From an uncultured virus (IMG/VR IMGVR_UViG_3300010885_062553) (lineage: Duplodnaviria > Heunggongvirae > Uroviricota > Caudoviricetes), in the IMG/VR virus record IMGVR_UViG_3300010885_062553: 64,000 bases of DNA; one strand, 5' to 3'. Of the stretch, positions 1-8,198 are shown one piece after another; the stretch's first letter is position 1, and each line of letters opens with the position of its first letter. The translations under genes and the position numbers were made by a program. The notes under the pieces are model-generated. The model made no database searches. It was given only the letters and a program-made list of their open reading frames with translations, and was not told where the DNA came from.

Positions 1-1
1 G

Positions 2-160
2 CCTTACATGATGGCTGAATCAATTCAGACTATCTCTGAAGGTACAATGTCTCCTAAGATCGCAGTTAAATCTAGATACGCTCTAGTTGAAGCTGGTTTC
101 TTACCTGAAACAATGTATATTACATTCTTCGTAAACATCCCATCAGGTGGTATAGTTTAA
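2..160 (+). CDS. Major capsid protein, T4 gp23-like, C-terminal fragment (5'-truncated by window)
   Basis: Frame 2 reads PYMMAESIQTISEGTMSPKIAVKSRYALVEAGFLPETMYITFFVNIPSGGIV*, matching the gp23-family C-terminal pattern PY...PK(I)x(F/V)K(T/S)RY; followed by a strong terminator. Not in the ORF track. Confidence 0.8.
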   Translation, partial: PYMMAESIQTISEGTMSPKIAVKSRYALVEAGFLPETMYITFFVNIPSGGIV

Positions 161-178
161 TCATTAAACTAAACATAC

Positions 179-208
179 AAAAAACCCTAAGTTGCCTTAG
201 GGTTTTTT
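179..208 (+). terminator. Intrinsic terminator after capsid gene
   Basis: AAAACCCTAAG-TTGC-CTTAGGGTTTT hairpin followed by T-run. Confidence 0.9.
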
Positions 209-263
209 ATTTGCCCCATGCTTACATTTTCCTCTTTAACATTAAGATACCGAAACTGAAAAG

Positions 264-271
264 GATATATA
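264..271 (+). promoter_or_regulatory. Putative late promoter GATATATA
   Basis: Same octamer recurs about 15-45 nt upstream of many operon starts; resembles T4 late promoter TATAAATA. Confidence 0.7.
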
Positions 272-299
272 CTAAGTAAAATTAGACTCGTGTAGTAAT

Positions 300-1442
300 A
301 TGAAAAATATTCCATCATTTAACGAATTCAAAAAATATGATTCACTTTTAGAATCTGTTGATTCCGATTTAATAAGGGGGTTTTCTGAACTTGAAAGAGC
401 AGACCCTTATTACACCGTAAACGAAGGTGCTTTAATGGATAGAATTAAAAATTCAGCTTCCAAGTTTTTTTTAGGTCCTTTATCTAGAACTGGGATGATC
501 GATGATACTAGAAAAATACTAGTTGATCTTGAAATAGATGTGATTGAACAAAGAGCAAATCTTGAAAATGAGATTGATGATATTCAGGACCAGATAAGTT
601 TACTGTCAAGATCTAACGATAGACAAAAAATGTTAGCGCTAACAAAAGACCGGGATTCCAAAATTAAAGAGCTAGAAACCTATTTAAAATCTCAAAAATT
701 GAAGATTAAAAAATGTTTAGAACATATTTCTAAGCTGGTTGCAAACAGTCCTAGAAGAAAGGAGTATTACGAAGCAGGACGCGCGGAGGATGAAATAGCT
801 ATAGCTGAAATTGAATACCAATTAGCTAAGGAAAGATCAAGCTCTTCGGAGATTAAAAAATACGAGGAGAAAATACTAAAAGCTAAACGTGAAGCTGCAG
901 AGAAGATTAAAGAGCTTGAAGATGATATTGAAGATAGTGCAGAGGAAGAAAAAAATATAAAACCTGTCGAAAGGGTTGATGCGCAAGAGGAGAAAAAGAA
1001 AATATCTTCTAAGAAATCATCTGATCTTATAAAGAGAAAAAATGAGCTAGCTAAAGAGATAATAGATATAAAGTCAGAGATGGAAACTGTACTAAAAGCT
1101 CTAGAAAAGAAGTTAAGCTCTAAAGGAAAAGCATCGGTTGGATTTGTTAATAATACAAAAATTCAACTTCTTGAATTAGCTTCAACTTTAGATTCTAAAA
1201 CTAATCTTTTGAGTGCTTTTAAATCTTTAGGTAGTAATCCTGATGAAATAAAATCTAAGCTATCTGGTAGTGGATTTTCTAATATTATAGATATGATCAA
1301 CTACTCAGTAATAGACGGACAAGATGCTAATACTGGAACTAAAAAAATTATAACTTCCCTGTTTGCTAAGAACCTAAAGGACGGAACTGGAGAAGTTGAA
1401 GTAGACAAGCTTAAAAATGCAATCAAAAAAATAACTAAATAA
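300..1442 (+). CDS. Coiled-coil putative internal head protein; paralogue of 1442..2353
   Basis: N-terminus MKNIPSFNEF...LLE...VNE; E/K-rich helical sequence; shares NE..M.DR.KN..S..F and R...Y.E......E..Y..AK blocks with the next ORF. Confidence 0.55.
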   Translation: MKNIPSFNEFKKYDSLLESVDSDLIRGFSELERADPYYTVNEGALMDRIKNSASKFFLGPLSRTGMIDDTRKILVDLEIDVIEQRANLENEIDDIQDQISLLSRSNDRQKMLALTKDRDSKIKELETYLKSQKLKIKKCLEHISKLVANSPRRKEYYEAGRAEDEIAIAEIEYQLAKERSSSSEIKKYEEKILKAKREAAEKIKELEDDIEDSAEEEKNIKPVERVDAQEEKKKISSKKSSDLIKRKNELAKEIIDIKSEMETVLKALEKKLSSKGKASVGFVNNTKIQLLELASTLDSKTNLLSAFKSLGSNPDEIKSKLSGSGFSNIIDMINYSVIDGQDANTGTKKIITSLFAKNLKDGTGEVEVDKLKNAIKKITK

Positions 1443-2353
1443 TGTCTTTGTTGAAATTTAAAGATTGGAGTGCATTAAACGAGTCATCAATGACGGATCG
1501 TCTGAAGAATTGGATAAGCTCAGCTTTCGGAGGTCATATTCAAAAGATTGATACATTATTAGGCGAATATAAAACTGCTGAATTAAGATATGTTGACGAG
1601 TGGGACGAAGTTAAAACTGAAATAGATAAACTTTCATTACAGAGAGGACAAACTTCGAGTGATCCTGCAGAGATAAAAAGGATTGAGCGTATGATAGATC
1701 GTAATCAATCTATATTACCTGCAGCAACTAAAGCTCATAAGGCTAAAACTGACGAGATTTTTTTAAAGGTTAAAAGAATTATAGGTGAGAATAAAAGGCT
1801 TCAAGATTACTGGGAAGTAAATAAATCAAGAATAGATTCAGAAGTTTCTGAGGAGATGTACAGAAGAGCTAAGATGCTGGCTGATGAGGATTTATCGAAA
1901 GATTTATATTCTAAATACAAAAGGGCAATAGTCCAATCAAGAGAGAAGGACAAAGAGTTCAAAGAAGAATATGGAGATTTCTTATCAATGAGATCACCGG
2001 AAAGATCCCCTAGGATTTCTAGAGTTCCTATGGATTTTGACGAAATAGGAACCCCTGATGTTAGATTTGAAATGCTAACTAAACTATCTGTGGTTGAATT
2101 TGCAGAAGCCGTAAAGGGATTCCCTCGCGACGTTGCTAAGAAGTTAGTTTCTTTTCTTATTAATGAAAGAGATGATAAATATGTCGCTCTAGATATGGAA
2201 AGAGATCTTCTAAACACTGAGATTGATAAGAATCCTGACGATGTCGCTAAAAGAAATTATGCCGCCAAAAGGATAAAAGAAATTAGAGAAAAATACATGT
2301 CTGAGATCAGAGATCTTAGATCTAAAATAACAATAGCTAAAAGATATGCTTAA
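1442..2353 (+). CDS. Coiled-coil putative internal head protein
   Basis: MSLLKFKDW..LNE N-terminus; TAATG stop/start overlap with upstream paralogue. Confidence 0.55.
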   Translation: MSLLKFKDWSALNESSMTDRLKNWISSAFGGHIQKIDTLLGEYKTAELRYVDEWDEVKTEIDKLSLQRGQTSSDPAEIKRIERMIDRNQSILPAATKAHKAKTDEIFLKVKRIIGENKRLQDYWEVNKSRIDSEVSEEMYRRAKMLADEDLSKDLYSKYKRAIVQSREKDKEFKEEYGDFLSMRSPERSPRISRVPMDFDEIGTPDVRFEMLTKLSVVEFAEAVKGFPRDVAKKLVSFLINERDDKYVALDMERDLLNTEIDKNPDDVAKRNYAAKRIKEIREKYMSEIRDLRSKITIAKRYA

Positions 2354-2618
2354 CTTTGACCAATTTGTAGTAAACGAAGCTGATAGCACGCACACTAAAA
2401 TTGAAAGAATCAGAACACAAATTTCTGAAACTTTTGATGCTATAAGTGATGCTAAAAAACTGAAAAAAGCTGGTGATGTTAATAGTGAGATCACTAGTTT
2501 AACTAAACAGTCTGAATTATATGCAAAGATTCCGAATTTAATGAAATCCCTTACAGATGCATTAAAATTAAAAAACACCACGCCGGGAGGAACTCCTGGA
2601 ACTACTCCTAGATATTAA
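2346..2618 (+). CDS. Small putative internal head protein
   Basis: MLNFDQFVVNE N-terminus; 8-nt overlap with upstream gene. Confidence 0.55.
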   Translation: MLNFDQFVVNEADSTHTKIERIRTQISETFDAISDAKKLKKAGDVNSEITSLTKQSELYAKIPNLMKSLTDALKLKNTTPGGTPGTTPRY

Positions 2619-2629
2619 AAAACTAAGAT

Positions 2630-5101
2630 ATGATGAATAAAAACCCGTATATTTACAATCCAGTTGCGAAGAGTATTTTAGGATTTTATAATGAGAATCT
2701 TTTTGAGAACGAGAAAGTTGAACCTGTACTTTCTAAAATATGTGATCAGGCACTGAACATTTTTAAGATTTTAAATTTTGATTTAGCTAAAAAGAGAGAT
2801 AGAAATCCCGATGTAATGAGGGATAAGCTTTCAGATTTAGCAAAATCTAAAACCGTAAAATCATTAACTGGAAAGCTATTAGATTATTCTAACGATGCGG
2901 ACGTGAGTGATTCTAGATTTGCAGAGGTTAAAAGACTGTATATAGAAAGTCTAAGCAAATTCTTAGATGCTTTAAATAGAGCTTCTGAAATAGGTAAAGG
3001 AAAAACTGATTCATTTATTCTTAAGAAGTTTAAAATAGATCCAATGAAAATTCAAAACACCTTGGATTCTATTGCACAGCAAGCAGAGGAGGAAGAAGAA
3101 AAGATGTTAAGGGCAGAAGCAGAATCCCTTAATGAATCTATCTTTATAGGATATTCGGGGAGAGTTAAAAATCTAAAAAAGATTTTAGCTAATCTGATAA
3201 CATCATCTGAGGGTAAGGATTCAAGTAGAGGCTATGCTAGAGACTGGAAAAGAACATTTATTGAATTAGACCAAAGAAGGCAGTCATTGGATTATAAAGG
3301 TGGAGGTGAGAAAAATAAAAAAATATTAGAGGATTTAGAAAAACAAGTTGAAAAGTTCCAAGATGAATTTAATAAATCCTTGGTAAATGCTTCAAATAAA
3401 GCTTTACAGAACTTGGAAGGCGAGGAAGAAGTTTACTCTTCTTATGTTGATGTTGCAGATTTAAATCGTCAGGCATTAGATAACCTAACAAGAGCTCAAA
3501 CTCAATATTCTATTGCAATAAAAGATATAAAAGACGGACACGAAGCTAGAGAAAATGAGATCAGCAAATCTCTTTTTCCTATAAAGAGAGGAGATTCAGA
3601 CACTGATCCTAGATTCAAAGATAGTGGTTTAATTTTTGCTATACAAACTGCATTATGCAACGGAATACCTTCAGCTGCAAGATTGATTAAATCTAAAAAG
3701 GGACTTAATGGTAAATTTGGTCCATCTACGCATGCAGTTGTTATGACCATCCAAAAAATGGCTGGTAACAAAAACACAAACGGTGAAATAGATAAAAGTC
3801 TATTAGATTCTTTTCTTTCTTCTGATTGGATTTCAAACAAGGATAAATTAGCAATAAGAGATGCTGTAGATAAGATTAAATCTCCAGTAAACGAATCAAG
3901 ATCATACGGTAGAAGATATTCTAGATTGAACGAGGAGAAAATATTTATCAACAACTCAGAGTTCGAAAAAGAATTAGACAGCCAATATAAATCAATTGCA
4001 GGAGCTGGTGTTCAGGTATCCCAATTGGAAGACACTGAATCTGATAGTACAAAAACTACAGGTGTTGATTCTTTAGCAAAGAAGCTTAGAAGAAAATACA
4101 GTCTAAAAATAGAAAGTGACGATTTTATTAAGGGTGATGGAAGTCTCAAATCTTCATATACCCCTGATTTTATTGCTGCTTGGAGCAAAGCTGTAGATGG
4201 AGCAGTACCTGAGGGTGAGTTTTCTTATTTCTACACTTCAGGTGGTGTTTATAATATCAACATATCAACGTCTTCAATAAAGACACCTTGCAACTGGAAA
4301 AAATGGGCAGAGTCTAGAAAGCTAACAACTTTAGATGATGAGGATTGCTTGGACTTCATTACAAACTATATGAACGGGTGGAGAACATTTGGTTTAATTA
4401 GACCTGAATGGAGATACTCTGGTATAAAAGAATTTAACAAAAAAGCGGGAGAATCTCTAAAAGGTTCTAAGGCATATCAAACTGTTTATTCTGCTTCCGT
4501 TGAAAACAGTACAATCCCTTTTATAAGCTATAACTTATTAAAAGGAGCAATTGCACAGTCAATTAAATCTGTTCTTCAGTCTGATGAGAAATCTCCAGAT
4601 TTAGACGATAAGGACTTCTCTATGCTAAATAATCTCTTGGTTATGCTTTCGAATTGTATAACTTTTGATGGTGATAAATTCGTAAGCTGCATAAAGTGGA
4701 TCCATGATAATATTATGGGTGAATCAACCTGTAACAGATTAGTTAAGGATAGCATAGATTCATCTTTAAGCGATGTTGATTCAGGAGATATATTTTTACT
4801 TGGTTTTGAAGGTGCTAAAATAGTGGTATCCGATCGTAATTCTCTTATAGATAAGCTGAGCACAGAAGAGTCTAAAGATCCTTCTAAGTCACTATCTGGA
4901 TTTTTATCCCTTATTAAACTGCCATCTAAAAAGTCTCCAGAAAATTCAGGGGTTAAAGAGATATTAGGAAAAACACTATATTATATAGCTTCAGATCTTT
5001 ATCCTTCAATTGCGGCACATGTTAAAAGAATGAATTCAACTTCCTTTGAGGATGTTCCTCAGTTCTCCCCTTTTAAATGTGTAAATTCGGATAGCCTATA
5101 A
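2630..5101 (+). CDS. Large putative internal/ejection protein with a peptidoglycan-binding-like (PGBD) domain
   Basis: FPIKRGD...AIQTAL...LNGKFGPSTHAVVMTIQK...NGEID fits the PG_binding_1 consensus (DG.FG..T..AV..FQ); internal LNES/VNES/LNEE sites. Confidence 0.6.
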   Translation: MMNKNPYIYNPVAKSILGFYNENLFENEKVEPVLSKICDQALNIFKILNFDLAKKRDRNPDVMRDKLSDLAKSKTVKSLTGKLLDYSNDADVSDSRFAEVKRLYIESLSKFLDALNRASEIGKGKTDSFILKKFKIDPMKIQNTLDSIAQQAEEEEEKMLRAEAESLNESIFIGYSGRVKNLKKILANLITSSEGKDSSRGYARDWKRTFIELDQRRQSLDYKGGGEKNKKILEDLEKQVEKFQDEFNKSLVNASNKALQNLEGEEEVYSSYVDVADLNRQALDNLTRAQTQYSIAIKDIKDGHEARENEISKSLFPIKRGDSDTDPRFKDSGLIFAIQTALCNGIPSAARLIKSKKGLNGKFGPSTHAVVMTIQKMAGNKNTNGEIDKSLLDSFLSSDWISNKDKLAIRDAVDKIKSPVNESRSYGRRYSRLNEEKIFINNSEFEKELDSQYKSIAGAGVQVSQLEDTESDSTKTTGVDSLAKKLRRKYSLKIESDDFIKGDGSLKSSYTPDFIAAWSKAVDGAVPEGEFSYFYTSGGVYNINISTSSIKTPCNWKKWAESRKLTTLDDEDCLDFITNYMNGWRTFGLIRPEWRYSGIKEFNKKAGESLKGSKAYQTVYSASVENSTIPFISYNLLKGAIAQSIKSVLQSDEKSPDLDDKDFSMLNNLLVMLSNCITFDGDKFVSCIKWIHDNIMGESTCNRLVKDSIDSSLSDVDSGDIFLLGFEGAKIVVSDRNSLIDKLSTEESKDPSKSLSGFLSLIKLPSKKSPENSGVKEILGKTLYYIASDLYPSIAAHVKRMNSTSFEDVPQFSPFKCVNSDSL

Positions 5102-5103
5102 AT

Positions 5104-5111
5104 GATATATA
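5104..5111 (+). promoter_or_regulatory. Putative late promoter GATATATA
   Basis: Exact octamer in the 27-nt gap before 5129. Confidence 0.7.
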
Positions 5112-5128
5112 CAAATATAAATTAAACT

Positions 5129-5857
5129 ATGAACAGTAATCTTTTTTCCTTTAACAACTATGCAGTTTTTAATACTGTGCAGAAAATACTAAAGAAGTCT
5201 TTTAATTTAAACGAGTCTAATGGAGGGTATGAAAAAATAAACGAGGATGATTTCTACCAATTAGATATGTTGGTTGAATCCTCAGATCTTTGCACACTTG
5301 ATGTTGTTTGTATGAACGAGCCGGAAAACTTTTCTTCTGATTATGAAATATATGAATCATCAGCACCAGGTTGGCTAGTAAAAACAGTTAATGAACAAAT
5401 TAACAAAATCAAGCCTGATGTAAAAAAAGCAATAGATGGTCTAAGTATAGATGGTGACAAGAAAAAAGAACCGATGCCACCAAAGACATTACAAACAATA
5501 AATAAAGTTGTTGATATGTACATAAAAGGTTTAAAGAAAGCCCTTGCAAAAGGACCTAAATCTTCGGAAGAACTTTACGATATTGCAAATAAAACTCCGG
5601 AGCATAAATATGTCGTTAATGTTTTGGTGAATACTTACGGTAAGGTTTTAAAAGATAATGAATCTAGAGCACAAAGTTCTCTTTTTAGCGAAGACAACAA
5701 ACGCTCTAGTATGGGCATAGGTATCATTCAAACCGCTATAAAAGAGGTGGTTTTTAATATAAAAGAAACAGGAAATAAGAACGGTGAAAAGAATAATGTA
5801 CCTAAGGCCGTAACTGATCCAAAGCCATGGTCATCTAGTGACATTCCGACAGCCTAA
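5129..5857 (+). CDS. Putative processed virion protein, paralogue family A member 1
   Basis: LD.L.E...CT.D..CM.E block shared with 5880..6596; acidic N-region with LNE/INE sites. Confidence 0.55.
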   Translation: MNSNLFSFNNYAVFNTVQKILKKSFNLNESNGGYEKINEDDFYQLDMLVESSDLCTLDVVCMNEPENFSSDYEIYESSAPGWLVKTVNEQINKIKPDVKKAIDGLSIDGDKKKEPMPPKTLQTINKVVDMYIKGLKKALAKGPKSSEELYDIANKTPEHKYVVNVLVNTYGKVLKDNESRAQSSLFSEDNKRSSMGIGIIQTAIKEVVFNIKETGNKNGEKNNVPKAVTDPKPWSSSDIPTA

Positions 5858-5879
5858 ATAAAAAAATAAAAATAGAAAA

Positions 5880-6596
5880 ATGAAAAACATCGTTGCATTT
5901 GAGAACTACGGTTCAGAAAAAGAAATCTCAGGATATTATAAAATAGATGAATCCGAGCTTTTAGAAAGCGTTAGTCATTTAGACTTCAATTCCCTAAACG
6001 AGCAGGAATTGGCAGATCTTGATAGATTGGCAGAAAATCACGGAATTTGTACATTTGACCTTATCTGTATGAGAGAGGGTATATCTGATGACTATGAATT
6101 TGATTTTGAAATGTTAGACGAATCTGATGAGTACAATATTAACGAGAAAGGTTGGTTGAAAAAAGCTTTTAATAAAGCAAAAGAAGTAGTAGCTAAGGTG
6201 AAAAGTATAGCTGGTCCTATTATATCAAAAGTGATTCCCGCTGATGCTAGTCCAAAACTTAAAGCTTTTCTTGGTAAATTCCAGGGTGGACTTGGAAAAC
6301 TAGCTGCTAAATATCCTAATATAACAAAATTGATTTCTAAATCGGATTCAAACCCAGAAATGGGAAAGACTGCTGATGTAGTTCAGGCAAGTTTAGGTAA
6401 AGTTTTTAATGATGTAAAGAAGAATGGAGCAAAAGCGCTTTTCAGTGCTGATAATATGCAAACAATTAAAAACATAGCTCCTGCTTTTACCGCTGCGGTT
6501 GAAACCGCTAAATCTGTAAAGAAACAGATTCCTCCTTCAACAGTACCAGAGAATGCAGCAGACCTTGAGCCAGAAGACGACGAAAATGACGGATAA
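5880..6596 (+). CDS. Putative processed virion protein, family A member 2 (acidic pro-region + cationic amphipathic helix)
   Basis: MKNIVAFENY start; INE|KGWLKKAFNKAKEVVAKVKSIAGPII. Confidence 0.55.
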   Translation: MKNIVAFENYGSEKEISGYYKIDESELLESVSHLDFNSLNEQELADLDRLAENHGICTFDLICMREGISDDYEFDFEMLDESDEYNINEKGWLKKAFNKAKEVVAKVKSIAGPIISKVIPADASPKLKAFLGKFQGGLGKLAAKYPNITKLISKSDSNPEMGKTADVVQASLGKVFNDVKKNGAKALFSADNMQTIKNIAPAFTAAVETAKSVKKQIPPSTVPENAADLEPEDDENDG

Positions 6597-6631
6597 TTAT
6601 CCAATATAGAATATAACAAACATAAAGACTT

Positions 6632-7537
6632 ATGAAAAATATATTGCCATTTAGCAGTTCTCAAGGATCTAACAAATCACCCCTTTTTGAGTCATGTAAG
6701 AGTTTTGATCTTGACAACCTAACCGTTGAACAGCTTCGTGCAATTGATGAGATGGTTCTTACAGAGGGTAAGGGTTACTTAGATTTAGTTGCAGAGAAGC
6801 TTGGATTTGATATGAATGACTTGAACGAGGATTTTGATATCCCTGAAGATATGTCTCTTTCTGAATTTTTAAAGGAGCACTTTGATGATTTCAGTGAAAG
6901 GGATTTCTTAAATTATCTTGCTGAAGATCTAGGTATAGATTCTGTTGAGAATTTAAGTGAGGAAGAGCTTAATGGATATTTAGCACTTAATGAAAAATTT
7001 TGGAAAAAACTAGGTGCGGGTCTTAAAAAGTTTGCACAAAAAGCAGTCAAGGTAATTAAAAAAGCCATGCCTATTATAATGATGGTTGCTTCTGTTGCAT
7101 TAACTGCTTGTGGCGTTCCTGCAGGTTTAATGTATGCTCAAAAAATCATTAGCTTCGTTAGTAAAGGATCTAAAGCTTTGAAAGCATTAAATGGTGTTCA
7201 AAAAGCAGTAAAAGGAGTAAAAGCTCTTAAAAACGTAGCTAAGGTAACATCCAAGCTAAAGAAAGTTAAATCTGCTTTCAATAACCTAAAATCTGTTAAG
7301 AAAATAAATACTTTAGCAAATAAATCAAAAGCTTTTAAACAAGCATTAGATCTTGCAAAACAGGGTGCAAAGAAGGTAAAGGACGATCTTTTAAAAAGAG
7401 GTGCGGAAGCTCTAGAAAGCCCAGACAATCAGCAGATAGCTGGTACTTTGGCTGCAACATATCAAACTTCTACTACAAGTGCAGACGAACTAGAAAAAGT
7501 TGGTGATATTGAGGGAACGACAGAAACATTAGGTTAA
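6632..7537 (+). CDS. Putative processed virion protein, family A member 3 (acidic pro-region, cationic helix, hydrophobic segment)
   Basis: LNE|KFWKKLGAGLKKFAQKAVKVIKKAMPIIMMVASVALTACGVPAG, followed by a Lys/Ala-rich tract. Confidence 0.55.
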   Translation: MKNILPFSSSQGSNKSPLFESCKSFDLDNLTVEQLRAIDEMVLTEGKGYLDLVAEKLGFDMNDLNEDFDIPEDMSLSEFLKEHFDDFSERDFLNYLAEDLGIDSVENLSEEELNGYLALNEKFWKKLGAGLKKFAQKAVKVIKKAMPIIMMVASVALTACGVPAGLMYAQKIISFVSKGSKALKALNGVQKAVKGVKALKNVAKVTSKLKKVKSAFNNLKSVKKINTLANKSKAFKQALDLAKQGAKKVKDDLLKRGAEALESPDNQQIAGTLAATYQTSTTSADELEKVGDIEGTTETLG

Positions 7538-7557
7538 TTTAAAAATATTCAAAATAC

Positions 7558-7586
7558 AAAAACCAGGAATAATCCTGGTTTTTTTT
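7558..7586 (+). terminator. Intrinsic terminator
   Basis: AAAAACCAGGA-ATAA-TCCTGGTTTTTTTT. Confidence 0.9.
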
Positions 7587-7635
7587 ATGTCCGTGGAATT
7601 TTATTACATTTGTAGAATATAAAAAATAAAGACCA

Positions 7636-8196
7636 ATGATCTATGTTTTTGAAGGTTCTCGAAATTCTGGTAAAACCTATCTCTCTACTGAGATCTCTAA
7701 GCTTGTTGGGATCCCAAGATTCCAGTTTGATTTTGGCAGCTATTTTAATCTCTTAGGGCTTTCCAGTAAGGACAACAGAGAGGCACATTCGTTTTCAATG
7801 GGTAAAGAACTCATGCTTATGCAAATGGCTAAGGATATAAATCTACCCGACTTCATACACGACCGCGGAATCCTAACTGTTTTAGCCTGGGGAATTTCTG
7901 AGAATAGAATATCAAAGTCTGATGCAGCTAAACAAATTCTTTATATTAAAAATTCAGGTTTAATGTCAGGAATTACCGTCCTTTATATAGATGGGGACAA
8001 TCCAAATAAATCCGATAGAAATAAAGATCAATGGGACTATGCCGATAAATCATCAGCAGAAAGGAAAGCTTTCGAGTTTGTTATTTCTAAATTTAACGAA
8101 ATAGGTATTGGAAACTTAAAGATCTTTAAAAATACTTTCGATACTAAAACTGTATCAGAACTTAAATCATTTTTTGAATCAGAATTTACCATTTAA
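7636..8196 (+). CDS. P-loop nucleoside monophosphate kinase-like protein (thymidylate/deoxynucleoside kinase fold)
   Basis: N-terminal YVFEGSRNSGKT Walker A and IHDRG motif typical of TMPK/dNK families. Confidence 0.7.
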   Translation: MIYVFEGSRNSGKTYLSTEISKLVGIPRFQFDFGSYFNLLGLSSKDNREAHSFSMGKELMLMQMAKDINLPDFIHDRGILTVLAWGISENRISKSDAAKQILYIKNSGLMSGITVLYIDGDNPNKSDRNKDQWDYADKSSAERKAFEFVISKFNEIGIGNLKIFKNTFDTKTVSELKSFFESEFTI

Positions 8197-8198
8197 TT

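Noticed and set aside
2575..2612. TPGGTPGTTP mini-repeat at the end of the 90-aa ORF
   Set aside because: Short low-complexity tail with no evidence of function.
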